Shown: positions 30,823 to 41,653 of the stretch, piece after piece
Layout: each line of letters begins with the position of its first letter
How positions within the stretch are numbered: position 1 is the stretch's first letter
Assembly: GCA_965279165.1 (NCBI GenBank)
Contig: OZ257140.1
Span: forward strand, 166,244-230,243
DNA from: Bacteroidia bacterium
GTDB taxonomy: Bacteria > Bacteroidota > Bacteroidia > UKL13-3
Direction: 5' to 3'
DNA length: 64,000 nt
The notes under the pieces: generated by a model
Told to the model about the DNA's origin: nothing
Seen by the model: the letters and a program-made list of their open reading frames with translations, nothing else
Databases searched by the model: none
Translations under genes and position numbers: made by a program

Positions 30823-32124
30823 TTATTCAATCACTATTTTTCGAATCACATGATCTTCCTCTAATTGTATATGGGCAAAATAAATTCCTTTATTTAATGC
30901 GGAAACAGGAATTTTAGTTTGGTTCTTGAAATTCTCATCCATGGTTAGAACCAATTTACCGGTGATATCCATTAATTGAATGGAAGAAATACGTTTCGTT
31001 TTGTCGGTTAATTCAATTTGCAAAATATCACAAACCGGATTAGGATAGATTTGTATGGAAGCATCTGCATGTAAGGATTCTTCAAGTCCATTAAACTCAT
31101 TAAATAGGATTCTTTTGTCGGGAATAATGCTCCATTCATTGTTGATAAATGGATATAAATATCCTAGTGCTGCTTCATCTCCGGCATCATATAAAATCAT
31201 TGTTTTATAAGTATATTTCCAGTTATCATTTAACCATTCCATGGTTTGAATTTCAGATAATTTATTGGCCAATGTGTAAGTATAAATTTCATTTGAAACC
31301 GGTTTAAATTCAACACTGGTTCCATTCACCACCGTTAACTCATAATGAATATGCTCGATAATATTGTTGTTCGAATCGTATGCAAATGTATCTGCAGAGG
31401 AAGGGGCAAATTCTCCCAAGTCCGAATCAAAATAAAGGTTATATCGATACATTAAATTATTGTTATAGTAGGTAAAATAAGTTTTGGTAATGGTATCCTT
31501 TGGAGCGTTTGGATCTGTGTTAATCCAGATTAATGCGATTAAATCTCCATTTACATCATAGCTGTATGTTCCAATTGTTGGATAAATATTTTGTTCAAAG
31601 TACATGGTATCGGCAATGCGTTTACCGTTTACATCGTAAGCTATAAAATATTTGAGGTAATCCTCATAATTATTGGATGTAACCGGTTTAGCCGATTTAT
31701 TGATAACTGCAACCGGACGGCCATTGGCATCGTAAGTAAATGCATAGGTATATTTATTTTTTACCGAAAATCCGGGATACGTATAGGCAACCTCTTCGTA
31801 CACCATATCGATATTATTCTGGTTGTTTAGGATAAAGCTATCGTTTTCCAATAGAAAATCCTTCCATTTGTTATCCGACCAATTTTCGATTCTTTTTTGT
31901 TTGAAATAGCCGGGTACCTGCGAACGAACAAAAGAGCTTTTATCTTGGTTAAGCCAATTTACTGCATTGGCAGGATCCGAAATTTGGGTGAGCATGTAGG
32001 GATTAGTTTGTTGCAGGTATTCTAATCCGGTTGGAGGTAATTCTGTAATAGAAGGAATAATTGATTTTTGGGCAAAGCCATTAATCGCACTTGCAATTAA
32101 TAAGCTGAATACTAATTTTTTCAT
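30823..32124 (-). CDS. T9SS type-A C-terminal-domain secreted protein with YD-like repeats (paralogue 1)
   Basis: Signal peptide. Repeated YDANGR / YDVNGK / YDSNNN motifs. C-terminal about 80 aa IQIYPNPVCDILQIEL...GIYFAHIQLEED...IVIE match the Por-secretion CTD. Confidence 0.75.
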   Translation of the reverse strand: MKKLVFSLLIASAINGFAQKSIIPSITELPPTGLEYLQQTNPYMLTQISDPANAVNWLNQDKSSFVRSQVPGYFKQKRIENWSDNKWKDFLLENDSFILNNQNNIDMVYEEVAYTYPGFSVKNKYTYAFTYDANGRPVAVINKSAKPVTSNNYEDYLKYFIAYDVNGKRIADTMYFEQNIYPTIGTYSYDVNGDLIALIWINTDPNAPKDTITKTYFTYYNNNLMYRYNLYFDSDLGEFAPSSADTFAYDSNNNIIEHIHYELTVVNGTSVEFKPVSNEIYTYTLANKLSEIQTMEWLNDNWKYTYKTMILYDAGDEAALGYLYPFINNEWSIIPDKRILFNEFNGLEESLHADASIQIYPNPVCDILQIELTDKTKRISSIQLMDITGKLVLTMDENFKNQTKIPVSALNKGIYFAHIQLEEDHVIRKIVIE

Positions 32125-32220
32125 GGTTGTTTAAGCGTTTAGTTAGCTTAATGACAAGATGAAAACTACTTAGGTTGCCTGTATTCTTAGAATAAACTTT
32201 AAAGGTAAAATGAGGTGATG

Positions 32221-32272
32221 ATTGGATGAATAAATGAGTAAATATGTAAATGAGTAAATGAGTAAATGTGGT
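32221..32272. repeat. Tandem 7-8-mer repeat (GTAAATGA/GTAAATAT), 5 units
   Basis: Direct reading. Lies in the promoter region of T9SS paralogue 1. Confidence 0.8.
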
Positions 32273-32537
32273 AACGTCGCGAAGCATGTCGATTGGTATT
32301 TTTACCACAGAGACACGAAGACACAGATTTCGAATTGTCAAATGACCACTGACTACTGACGATTCTTTTTAGCCACAGATTTCACAGATGACACAGATTT
32401 AAAAACCCCAGAGGGGTGACATTATTGTAGAAAAAAAATGTGTGTCGAAAACAGAAGCCTGTAAGGGTGACATTATTGTTTGATTTTTATGATCACAAAG
32501 TTCAGCGGTCAATTGGTTAATTCATCAATCTCCATTC

Positions 32538-32570
32538 AAAAAAAAAGCAGCCCGAAAGCTGCCTTTTTCC
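32538..32570 (-). terminator. Rho-independent terminator of T9SS paralogue 2
   Basis: A9 run, then GCAGCC-CGAAA-GCTGCC hairpin, then T-rich. Gives a T9 tail on the minus strand. Confidence 0.65.
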
Positions 32571-32588
32571 TACGTATAGATTGAACCC

Positions 32589-33893
32589 TTATTCTATTGC
32601 AATTTTACGGGTAAGGTATTGGTCTCCGTAAAACAGGCGAACAAAATAAATGCCTTTATTTAAATCCGTTGTAGGGATCGTAATTTCTGTCTTCGAATCC
32701 TGCATATTTATATGTAACACTTCAGCACCGCTTATATCCATGATTTGAACAGCAGTAACGCGAGTAGATTTGTCGGATGATTGGATATGCAACATATCGT
32801 TTGTCGGGTTTGGATACAATAGAAATAAATCGTCGGCTGCCAAAGCTTCTTTTACTCCGGTAAATTCATTAAACAAAATACGTTGGTTTGGCACCACACT
32901 CCACACATTATTTTCGAATGGATACACGTAACCAAGACTTGGTTCATCGCTGCTGTTATACAGAATATTTGATTTGCGCACATACTTCCACATATCATCT
33001 ATCCATTCTTGGGTTTGCATTTCGATTAATTTATTGGTAGTTGAATACGTGTAAAAGTCCTTGATATATGGCCTGAATTCAACACTTGTTCCATTGATAG
33101 AAAACAACACATATCGCGTAGTGGAGATAATACGGTTTTGAGCATCGTAAGTAAATGAATCGGCTGATTGGGGAGTATAGTCACCCAAGTCAGCATCATA
33201 ATACACATTATACGAAGCAGTCATATTATTACCGGCATACGTATAATAACTAATATTGGTGGTATCCTTTTCAGCAGCCGGATCGGTATCAATCCAAACA
33301 GATTGTATTAAATGGTTGTTGTTATCGTAGGTATATTTTGAAATATAGGGTGTGGTACTTTGTTCGTAATACATGGTATCGGAAATACGTTTGCCAGAGA
33401 TATCATAAGTAAGAAAATAAGTTACATAATCCACGTAATTTTCGGAGGTAACCGGACTGGCAGATTTCATTACAATTTTAATAGGTCGATTATTACTATC
33501 ATAGGTGAACTTATACCTATATTTATATTTACTGGCAAACCCTGGATAATTATATTCAATATTTTCAAATACCATATCAATTCGGTCCTGGTTATCGAGT
33601 ATGATACTATCATTTTGCACCACAAAATCTATCCATTCGGTAACATCCCAAGAAGAATTTCTTGTCTGTTTAAAATAACCGGGAACATGGGAACGAATAA
33701 AGGTGTTTTTCGATTGGTTTATCCAATTGCCGGCACTAACCGGGTCGGCATTTTGTGTGAGTATATAGGGATAAACGGAACGAAGATATAACCAACCGGA
33801 TTTAGGCTGGTCGACCACTTCCGGAATAATAGACTTTTGCGCATAGCCATAAATAGCGCATGCCATCATCATACCAAGTAATAATTTCTTCAT
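32589..33893 (-). CDS. T9SS type-A C-terminal-domain secreted protein with YD-like repeats (paralogue 2)
   Basis: Roughly 45-50% identical to 30823-32124 along the whole length. Same signal peptide and CTD architecture. Confidence 0.75.
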   Translation of the reverse strand: MKKLLLGMMMACAIYGYAQKSIIPEVVDQPKSGWLYLRSVYPYILTQNADPVSAGNWINQSKNTFIRSHVPGYFKQTRNSSWDVTEWIDFVVQNDSIILDNQDRIDMVFENIEYNYPGFASKYKYRYKFTYDSNNRPIKIVMKSASPVTSENYVDYVTYFLTYDISGKRISDTMYYEQSTTPYISKYTYDNNNHLIQSVWIDTDPAAEKDTTNISYYTYAGNNMTASYNVYYDADLGDYTPQSADSFTYDAQNRIISTTRYVLFSINGTSVEFRPYIKDFYTYSTTNKLIEMQTQEWIDDMWKYVRKSNILYNSSDEPSLGYVYPFENNVWSVVPNQRILFNEFTGVKEALAADDLFLLYPNPTNDMLHIQSSDKSTRVTAVQIMDISGAEVLHINMQDSKTEITIPTTDLNKGIYFVRLFYGDQYLTRKIAIE

Positions 33894-34027
33894 ATTGGTT
33901 AACGTTATATTTTTAAACTTAAGACAAAATTGTTAACGGGAAGGTTGCGTTTTTATTTCTTAAAATAATTGAACGGTGAAAAAAAGAGATTTGCGGATAT
34001 CTTTATTATAAGTGGAAAGAGAAGTGC

Positions 34028-34066
34028 AAAAAAAAACGCAACCCTTTCGAATTGCGTTTTCGTTTT
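34028..34066 (-). terminator. Rho-independent terminator of the atp operon
   Basis: AAACGCAA-CCCTTTCGAA-TTGCGTTT perfect 8-bp stem with an A9 run upstream, which gives a T9 tail on the minus strand. Confidence 0.7.
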
Positions 34067-34083
34067 AATTATTTTCAAGAAAA

Positions 34084-34956
34084 TTACCCGTTACTTAATG
34101 CAGCAGCACCACCAACGATTTCAGAAATCTCGGTTGTAATGGCAGCTTGGCGTGCGCGGTTATATTCCACTTTTAATGCTTTCAAGATATCGCCTGCATT
34201 GTCGGTTGCTTTGTCCATGGCCACCATACGGGCACCATGTTCTGAAGCAAATGAATCGAGCAAGGAACGGTAAATTTGTGTTTTTAAAATTTGGGGAATT
34301 AACGATTCTAGAATTTCTACATTATTCGGTTCAAATATATAGTCGTTCTTTTTGCCTGCAGTTTTTACAAAAGATGCAGGGTCGATAGGTAAAAACTGAT
34401 CGGCAGACAAAACTTGGGTAGCTGCATTTTTAAACTGGTTGTAAACCACTTCAATTGCATCGTATTTACCCGATTTAAATGCACCCAATAAATATTCTCC
34501 AATTGCAAATCCGGCATCTGCATTCAGGTGTTGAAATGTTTCGCGGAAATCATCAACCATCGTTGCGTTTGCACGTCCAAAAAATTCAAATGCTTTCTTA
34601 CCAACAGGTAAAATGGTAACATTTTTACCGGCGTACTTTTCTTGTACCAAACGTCCGGCTAATTTAACTACGTTGGCATTAAACGAGCCACATAAACCAC
34701 GATCAGAAGTAATCACAACAATCAATGCATTTTTTACTTCACGCTTATCAAAATAAACTTTTAAGGAATCAACATCCACCGATTCAGAAAGATTTCCAAG
34801 TACGGCATTTAGCTTTGCAGCATAAGGACGCATTTGTACAATGGCATTCTGAGCCTTTCTCAGCTTGGTAGCTGAAACCAACTTCATCGCCTTGGTAATT
34901 TGTTGCGTTGAAGTGATGGAAGTGATACGTATTCTTACTTCTTTTAAGTTTGCCAT
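34084..34956 (-). CDS. atpG: F0F1 ATP synthase subunit gamma
   Basis: N-terminus MANLKEVRIRITSITSTQQITKAMKLVSATKLRKAQ is canonical. Confidence 0.95.
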   Translation of the reverse strand: MANLKEVRIRITSITSTQQITKAMKLVSATKLRKAQNAIVQMRPYAAKLNAVLGNLSESVDVDSLKVYFDKREVKNALIVVITSDRGLCGSFNANVVKLAGRLVQEKYAGKNVTILPVGKKAFEFFGRANATMVDDFRETFQHLNADAGFAIGEYLLGAFKSGKYDAIEVVYNQFKNAATQVLSADQFLPIDPASFVKTAGKKNDYIFEPNNVEILESLIPQILKTQIYRSLLDSFASEHGARMVAMDKATDNAGDILKALKVEYNRARQAAITTEISEIVGGAAALSNG

Positions 34957-35024
34957 TGTTTAATCTTGCTGGTTAACCACTATTTAAAACGCAATACAAT
35001 TGCGCATGAACCGGTATTTCCTTA

Positions 35025-36599
35025 TTAATATTTTGAACTTAAATCTTTTGCTACTGCTTCTAAAACCCCGGTTATTTCGTCGTTAAAAATACCTTTCTTT
35101 AATTCGGCCAATACATTGCTGTGTTTGGCTTCTAATAATTGCAGGTAAGAACTTTCAAATTCTTTGATTTTATCGATTGGAACGCTATTTAACAAACCTT
35201 TGGTTCCAAGGTATATGATCGCAACTTGTTTTTCAACGGTTACCGGCGAATATTGTCCTTGCTTCAAAATTTCTACGTTACGTGCACCTTTAGATAATAC
35301 TGCTTTGGTAGCAGCATCTAAATCCGAACCAAATTTCGAGAAAGCTTCCAATTCGCGGTATTGTGCCTGGTCTAATTTTAACGTACCGGCAACCTTTTTC
35401 ATTGATTTAATCTGAGCGTTACCACCCACACGCGATACGGAAATACCTACGTTAATCGCAGGACGAACACCCGAGTTAAACAAGTTAGCTTCAAGGAATA
35501 TCTGCCCATCGGTAATCGAAATTACGTTTGTTGGAATATATGCCGAAACGTCGCCGGCTTGTGTTTCGATAATTGGTAAAGCTGTTAATGATCCGCCACC
35601 TTTCACCAAATGTTTAATGGATTCAGGAACATCGTTCATTGCTTTAGCGATTTCGTCGGTTGAGTTGATTTTAGCAGCCCTTTCTAATAAACGGCTATGT
35701 AGGTAAAACACATCACCAGGGTATGCCTCACGTCCCGGAGGACGACGCAATAACAAAGAAACTTCACGGTAAGCAACTGCTTGTTTCGACAAATCATCGT
35801 AAACAATTAAAGCCGGACGACCCGAATCGCGGAAAAATTCTCCGATAGCAGCACCCGCCATTGGCGCGTAAAACTGCATAGGAGCCGGATCCGATGCGGT
35901 AGCTGCAACGATGATTGAATAAGGCATTGCACCTTTTTCTTCTAACGTTTTTACTACTTGCGCAACAGTCGAAGCTTTTTGTCCGATTGCTACATAAATA
36001 CAATATACCGGTTTACCGGCATCGTAAAATTCTTTTTGGTTGATGATGGTATCGATACAAACCGCAGTTTTACCTGTTTGGCGATCGCCGATAACCAACT
36101 CGCGTTGTCCGCGACCGATTGGAATCATCGCATCAATTGATTTGATACCTGTTTGCAATGGCTCTTTTACCGGTTCACGGAAAATTACTCCCGGAGCTTT
36201 ACGTTCCAAAGGCATTTCGTATAATTCGCCGGTTAATGGACCTTTTCCGTCAATTGGTATACCCAATGTATTTACTACACGACCGGTCATCCCCTCACCT
36301 ACTTTAATAGATGCAATACGTCCGGTACGTTTTACTGTATCACCTTCTTCGATTCCACCTTGTGAACCCAACAATACCGCTCCCACGTTATCTTCTTCAA
36401 GGTTCATCACAATGGCTTCTGTACCATTGTTAAACTGAATCAACTCTCCTGATTGTACTTTGGTTAAGCCAAAAATACGGGCAATACCATCTCCAACTTG
36501 GAGCACAGTACCTACTTCTTCCAACTCAGCAGCCGATTTAAAATTGGTCAGTTGCTCTCTTATGATTGCGGAAACTTCATCAGGTCTAATCTCTACCAT
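35025..36599 (-). CDS. atpA: F0F1 ATP synthase subunit alpha
   Basis: Walker A GDRQTGKT. Full-length alpha subunit. Confidence 0.97.
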   Translation of the reverse strand: MVEIRPDEVSAIIREQLTNFKSAAELEEVGTVLQVGDGIARIFGLTKVQSGELIQFNNGTEAIVMNLEEDNVGAVLLGSQGGIEEGDTVKRTGRIASIKVGEGMTGRVVNTLGIPIDGKGPLTGELYEMPLERKAPGVIFREPVKEPLQTGIKSIDAMIPIGRGQRELVIGDRQTGKTAVCIDTIINQKEFYDAGKPVYCIYVAIGQKASTVAQVVKTLEEKGAMPYSIIVAATASDPAPMQFYAPMAGAAIGEFFRDSGRPALIVYDDLSKQAVAYREVSLLLRRPPGREAYPGDVFYLHSRLLERAAKINSTDEIAKAMNDVPESIKHLVKGGGSLTALPIIETQAGDVSAYIPTNVISITDGQIFLEANLFNSGVRPAINVGISVSRVGGNAQIKSMKKVAGTLKLDQAQYRELEAFSKFGSDLDAATKAVLSKGARNVEILKQGQYSPVTVEKQVAIIYLGTKGLLNSVPIDKIKEFESSYLQLLEAKHSNVLAELKKGIFNDEITGVLEAVAKDLSSKY

Positions 36600-36606
36600 A
36601 ATTTAT

Positions 36607-37158
36607 TTATTTTGAAATGTACGTGTTTAATAATTCTTGTTTTGCTTTTACCAGACTTCCGGAAATACTGGCATCGTATAATTTATCTTCGGTATGGATA
36701 ATAATACCACCGATTAATTTTGGATCAACAACTGTGGTAACTTCAATTTGTTTACCGGTAAACTTTTCGATAAAAAGCTTGATTTCGTTGTTTGTTTTGG
36801 CATCCAAGGCAATTGCAGATCTTACTTCAGCAACGCCAATATTTTTTATCAATTGGTATTGGGCTATAAATGCTTCTGAGATAGCATTTAAATAATACTC
36901 TCTTTTCTTTTGGATAATAATATGAAAGAAACCCATGGTTTCCTTCATGAATGATTTTTCGAAAATGGCATTCAATACAGCAATTTTCTTATGTCCGTGA
37001 ATAATCGGACTTTTCAATAAGCTGGATAATGGCGGTGTTTTAGCCAGAATATCATGAAACTCTTTAATATCCCTAAATCCCTGATCGAGCATATTTTTCT
37101 CAACCAGAAGGTCTATCAGGGCTTTTGCGTATCGATTGGCTACTCTGTATTCCGACAT
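36607..37158 (-). CDS. atpH: F0F1 ATP synthase subunit delta
   Basis: OSCP/delta pattern (RYAKALIDL...). Position in the operon. Confidence 0.85.
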   Translation of the reverse strand: MSEYRVANRYAKALIDLLVEKNMLDQGFRDIKEFHDILAKTPPLSSLLKSPIIHGHKKIAVLNAIFEKSFMKETMGFFHIIIQKKREYYLNAISEAFIAQYQLIKNIGVAEVRSAIALDAKTNNEIKLFIEKFTGKQIEVTTVVDPKLIGGIIIHTEDKLYDASISGSLVKAKQELLNTYISK

Positions 37159-37159
37159 A

Positions 37160-37654
37160 TTAGTTTACGCTAATGGATTTCAAGTTTTCGTTCACAAATG
37201 CTTCTTGTTGGGTGCGATCTTCCATTTTAAGGCGAAGAATTTTTTCGGCCATATCCACCGATAGAATTGCTACTTGTTGTTTTAGCTCATTCATCGCATT
37301 GATTTTCGCTCTTTCGATTGCTTCATTTGCATTGGCAACAATTTTGCGCGACTCATCATCAGCCGATTTTTTAGCCTGAGAAATGATGGCATCCTTCATA
37401 TCGTTTGCCTCTTTCATCATGCGATCGCGTTCTTTGCGGGCTTCAACCAGTAATTTTTCGTTATCTGATTTCAACGCATCCATTTGTTTGCGTGCCTCAT
37501 CTGCTGCATTCAATGCATTGTTAATCGAGTCTTCGCGTTCTCTGATTGATTGAAGAATCGGTTTCCATGCAAATTTAGACAATAGATACAGCACGATACT
37601 GAACGTGATGGTCATCCAGAAGATTAAGCCTATACCGGGTTTAACTAACTCCAT
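37160..37654 (-). CDS. atpF: F0F1 ATP synthase subunit B
   Basis: Single N-terminal TM helix followed by a long charged coiled coil. Position in the operon. Confidence 0.85.
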   Translation of the reverse strand: MELVKPGIGLIFWMTITFSIVLYLLSKFAWKPILQSIREREDSINNALNAADEARKQMDALKSDNEKLLVEARKERDRMMKEANDMKDAIISQAKKSADDESRKIVANANEAIERAKINAMNELKQQVAILSVDMAEKILRLKMEDRTQQEAFVNENLKSISVN

Positions 37655-37768
37655 TTTTTTGTTATTGAACGATTAATAATTGTGTACAACAAATGCTGTA
37701 CTTTGGTTTTGATTAAAAATAATTACAGGAATACCGCAATTGGGCATTCCTGTAATTTTTTATATCGA

Positions 37769-38038
<270 letters not shown>

Positions 38039-38073
38039 TTAGTTGTTATAGATTGTTTGTATTGAATGTAAAA

Positions 38074-39276
38074 TTAATGATGCTCTTCGTGGTGGTGTTC
38101 TTCAACAGCTGCACCAAAGTATAAAGAAGATAATAAGGTAAATACATATGCTTGTAAGAATGCTACCAGCAATTCAAGAAAGCTCATAAAAGTTGTAAAT
38201 GCTACCGAAAATGCTGATACTCCAAGTCCAAGACCGGTATTCATGGCTCCAAAGATGAAGATCAAACTGAAGAATCCTAAAATGATGATATGACCTGCAG
38301 TGATATTAGCAAACAAACGAATCATCAATACAATTGGTTTATTGAATAACCCGATAATTTCGATAGGAATCATCAAAGGCAATAACCAACCCGGAACACC
38401 CGGAGGCATAAAAATATGCGACCAATATGCTTTGTTACCGTTAAATGCTGTGATGGCGAATGTAAATAATGCCAAAATCATGGTTACCGCAATATTTCCG
38501 GTTACATTGGCTCCACCCGGAAAGAATGGAATCAAACCAAATAGATTATTGATAAAAATGAAAAAGAATATGGTTAACAAATAAGGAAGGAACTTTTCGT
38601 ATTTCGGACCGATGGATGGTTTAGCAACTTCATCACGAAGAAATATGATGAGTGATTCAATCATATTATTAAAACCTTTAGGGGCTTTTTTATTTGTTTT
38701 ATAATGATTGGCAACTGAAATCATGATGAATAAAAGAAAGAAAACCGCCAAAAACATAGCAGCTACATTTTTGGTAATCGATAAATCATAAAACGAAGCA
38801 TGTTCGTTAACTGTTCCATCTTCATTCAAGGCAACCAATTTATTCTCTTCAATTTTATACCCCATGTATGCCGAATGGCCATGGTGAAAATTTGAAGAAG
38901 AGAAAATATGAACGCCATTATCGTCTTTTATTATCACCGGTAATGGAATAGAAATATGGTGATCGCCCAATGTCGCAATATGCCAATCGTGAGCATCAGC
39001 AATATGTTCCATGATGGTTTTACCTGCGTTGAACTTTTCCGGTTCCCCATGTTCGGCAGTAGCCTCATGGTTGTTAGGTTCTGCATGGTTCACTTCCGAA
39101 GTGGTTACTTCGTGTTCCGATTCTTGCACTTCTTTTTGTTCTCCTTCTAAAGTTTGGTGGCTGGTAGAAGAGTGCTCCTGGGCGTTAACGTATTTTAAAG
39201 TTGCATATCCAACATATAAAACAACAAGAAAAACGGGGATTAAATATCTGAAAATCTTTTTGTTAGTCTGCGCCAT
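38074..39276 (-). CDS. atpB: F0F1 ATP synthase subunit A with long N-terminal extension
   Basis: C-terminal half has the a-subunit TM helices with the conserved Arg (NITAGHIIIL). The N-terminal extension of about 170 aa is typical of Bacteroidota. His/Glu-rich C-terminus. Confidence 0.9.
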   Translation of the reverse strand: MAQTNKKIFRYLIPVFLVVLYVGYATLKYVNAQEHSSTSHQTLEGEQKEVQESEHEVTTSEVNHAEPNNHEATAEHGEPEKFNAGKTIMEHIADAHDWHIATLGDHHISIPLPVIIKDDNGVHIFSSSNFHHGHSAYMGYKIEENKLVALNEDGTVNEHASFYDLSITKNVAAMFLAVFFLLFIMISVANHYKTNKKAPKGFNNMIESLIIFLRDEVAKPSIGPKYEKFLPYLLTIFFFIFINNLFGLIPFFPGGANVTGNIAVTMILALFTFAITAFNGNKAYWSHIFMPPGVPGWLLPLMIPIEIIGLFNKPIVLMIRLFANITAGHIIILGFFSLIFIFGAMNTGLGLGVSAFSVAFTTFMSFLELLVAFLQAYVFTLLSSLYFGAAVEEHHHEEHH

Positions 39277-39284
39277 GAAGCGTT

Positions 39285-39698
39285 TTATTTTTTATAATCG
39301 GGGCGCAAGTTAACCACAAGGAAATAAATTTCAAAAGAAGTATAAAAGAAATACAGCAAAATATAAATTACAATGAGCGTGAAGTCGCGACTGTTGCTGA
39401 ACAACAAATATATCAACAATGGAAATAAAGAGAAAATAAAACGAATACCGATAGCGCCATAGGTTCGCGACATAAACGTTTTATTGTCTTTTTGCAGTCC
39501 GGATTGGGTAATTAAACCGGTTGCCAGCGACAACAAGAAAAAGTATAATAAGGCGGCCCAAGCCCAGGTAGATACTTGTATAGTATGGCTGAATTGAGAA
39601 ATCAACAACATTAATATAGCAATCGTTAAGGTAAAGGTTATTAGTTTTTTTAGAAAAAGGGCTGGATTCATGGACGGCAAAAGTAGCAAAATGTCCAT
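39285..39698 (-). CDS. Small 4-TM membrane protein upstream of atpB (possible AtpI/AtpZ-like)
   Basis: Four hydrophobic helices. Conserved operon position upstream of atpB. Confidence 0.5.
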   Translation of the reverse strand: MDILLLLPSMNPALFLKKLITFTLTIAILMLLISQFSHTIQVSTWAWAALLYFFLLSLATGLITQSGLQKDNKTFMSRTYGAIGIRFIFSLFPLLIYLLFSNSRDFTLIVIYILLYFFYTSFEIYFLVVNLRPDYKK

Positions 39699-39813
39699 TC
39701 GAATTGAAATCCTTTTTCAATTCACGTATAATTTGTGCATTAACTTATTAGGGTAATATGCAGTTAAAATGGGGACAATATGAAGTGAGTTATTTTGCTC
39801 AAACAAAAAAAAC

Positions 39814-40776
39814 ATGCAGACAATCAATCGGAAAAACTTTTTTAAAACGTTGGGAATCATGGGTATTGTAAGTATTTTACCGGATAAGTCAGAAGCCAAA
39901 TTTTTACAACCATTAAGCCTATTCGAACAAACTCTTCAGAAGAAAAGGGTTTTACGGGTTGCTCATTTAACGGATATACATGTTAAGTCGGAAAAGATTT
40001 CAGAATATGGAATGGCTTCAGCTTTAGAAACGGTAAATAATCTTTCCGACAAACCTGATTTTATCATAAACGGTGGCGATTCCATCATGAATGCTGCTTC
40101 ATTTAGCAAATTAAAAGTAAAGGAACAATGGCAAGCTTTTCACCGATTAATGCAAAACCATAATTCATTAGAGATTAGGCATTGCATTGGCAACCATGAT
40201 TTATATGGTTGGGCATTACCCGGTTCTGATTGCGAACATGGAAAACAATGGGCAATGGATGAATACAATTTACAAATGCCTCATTATTCTTTTCAACAAA
40301 ACGGGTGGAATTTTATCGTTTTGGACAGCATTCATCCGCGCAAGACATTTCCCGGTTACTTTGGTAAATTAGATGAATTTCAACTGCAATGGTTGAAACA
40401 AAAACTATTAGAAATACCGTCCGAACAACCTATTTGTATAGTTTCCCACATACCGATTCTTGCCATATGTACTTTTTTTGACGGAAGTTATGTAAACCAC
40501 AACCATTGGTTTGTACCCGACAATGCGTTGCACAATGATGCCATTGTATTACGAGATTTATTTAATACGCATAAAAATGTTAAGGCTTGTATAAGTGGAC
40601 ATATTCATCTAATTGACCATGTTAACTATCTTGGAACAGATTATTATTGCAATGGTGCTGTATCTGGAGCCTGGTGGAAAGGCAATCACCAACAGTTTGC
40701 ACCCTCGTTTAGTGTGATGAATTTCTATTCAGATGGGAGTTCAGACAGAGAAGTGCATTGTTACAACTGGAAATGA
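39814..40776 (+). CDS. Metallophosphoesterase (calcineurin-like), Tat/Sec-signal secreted
   Basis: Motifs DIH, GGDS, GNHD and GHIH of the metallophosphatase fold. N-terminal RKNFFKTLG Tat-like signal. Confidence 0.75.
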   Translation: MQTINRKNFFKTLGIMGIVSILPDKSEAKFLQPLSLFEQTLQKKRVLRVAHLTDIHVKSEKISEYGMASALETVNNLSDKPDFIINGGDSIMNAASFSKLKVKEQWQAFHRLMQNHNSLEIRHCIGNHDLYGWALPGSDCEHGKQWAMDEYNLQMPHYSFQQNGWNFIVLDSIHPRKTFPGYFGKLDEFQLQWLKQKLLEIPSEQPICIVSHIPILAICTFFDGSYVNHNHWFVPDNALHNDAIVLRDLFNTHKNVKACISGHIHLIDHVNYLGTDYYCNGAVSGAWWKGNHQQFAPSFSVMNFYSDGSSDREVHCYNWK

Positions 40777-40894
40777 AACACGTGATTATTAATTAATTAC
40801 CATACTTATTCAGATTTCTTTCCACAGTTATCGTTAAAATATGGCGTTTTTTTTCGGATAAAATAATATCTTTGCCGGCTTAGTTGGAATATCT

Positions 40895-41419
40895 GTGAAG
40901 CGAAAAGAGTATATTATTGAGTTTAACAAGGTAAGAAATGGCGACAATACCTATGTTTTTCAACTCCATAACGAATTTCTGGAGGCGATGGGTACCAATG
41001 AATACGGGAAAGTAGATGTTGTAGCAAACATTTTGGTGACCAAAACAGAGAATATGTATACTGTTAAGGCTAACTTTAGTGGAACTGCAGAGGTCGTTTG
41101 TGATATTTGTTTGGATGAATTTAGCTATCCGGTAAACGGAAACTATGGATTCATCATTAAACAAAGTGAAGTGGAAAAGTACGATGACGATGAAATTATC
41201 TATATTACACCGGTAACAATAGAATTTGACTTGTCGCAGTTTTTGTTTGATAGTTTTGTATTAAGCATTCCTTATAAAAAGACCTGTTCGCTGGTAAATA
41301 AGAAATGCAATGCAGAAGTGATGGCAAAACTAGATAAAATGAAACAAGATTTAGAAAAAGAAAACGGTCCGGATCCGCGCTGGGAAAAGCTAAGCGGGAT
41401 GAAAGACGATAGTAAATAA
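40895..41419 (+). CDS. YceD family protein (DUF177), 23S rRNA accumulation
   Basis: CDICLDEF...C zinc-ribbon-like motif and the conserved position in front of rpmF. Confidence 0.75.
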   Translation: MKRKEYIIEFNKVRNGDNTYVFQLHNEFLEAMGTNEYGKVDVVANILVTKTENMYTVKANFSGTAEVVCDICLDEFSYPVNGNYGFIIKQSEVEKYDDDEIIYITPVTIEFDLSQFLFDSFVLSIPYKKTCSLVNKKCNAEVMAKLDKMKQDLEKENGPDPRWEKLSGMKDDSK

Positions 41420-41442
41420 ACAACAATTATAAAAGAAGCAAT

Positions 41443-41628
41443 ATGCCTAATCCAAAACGAAAAATGTCTAATTCTCGCAGAGACAAGAGAAGGACCCATT
41501 ACAAAGGAACAGCACCTACATTATCTGTAGATTCTACATCCGGCGAAACCCATTTGAGACACCGTGTAACTGCGGATGGTTTCTACAAAGGAAAACATGT
41601 TTTTCCTGATATGAAAAAAGACGTATAA
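41443..41628 (+). CDS. rpmF: 50S ribosomal protein L32
   Basis: [21 protein letters not shown] start. Length 61 aa. Confidence 0.92.
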   Translation: MPNPKRKMSNSRRDKRRTHYKGTAPTLSVDSTSGETHLRHRVTADGFYKGKHVFPDMKKDV

Positions 41629-41653
41629 TTGTTTCTTATAATTAATCCAATAC

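Noticed and set aside
39481-39720. 79-aa minus-strand ORF upstream of atpB
   Set aside because: It overlaps the better-supported 4-TM membrane protein ORF 39285-39698 in another frame, and only one of the two can be real. The TM protein is preferred on hydropathy grounds.
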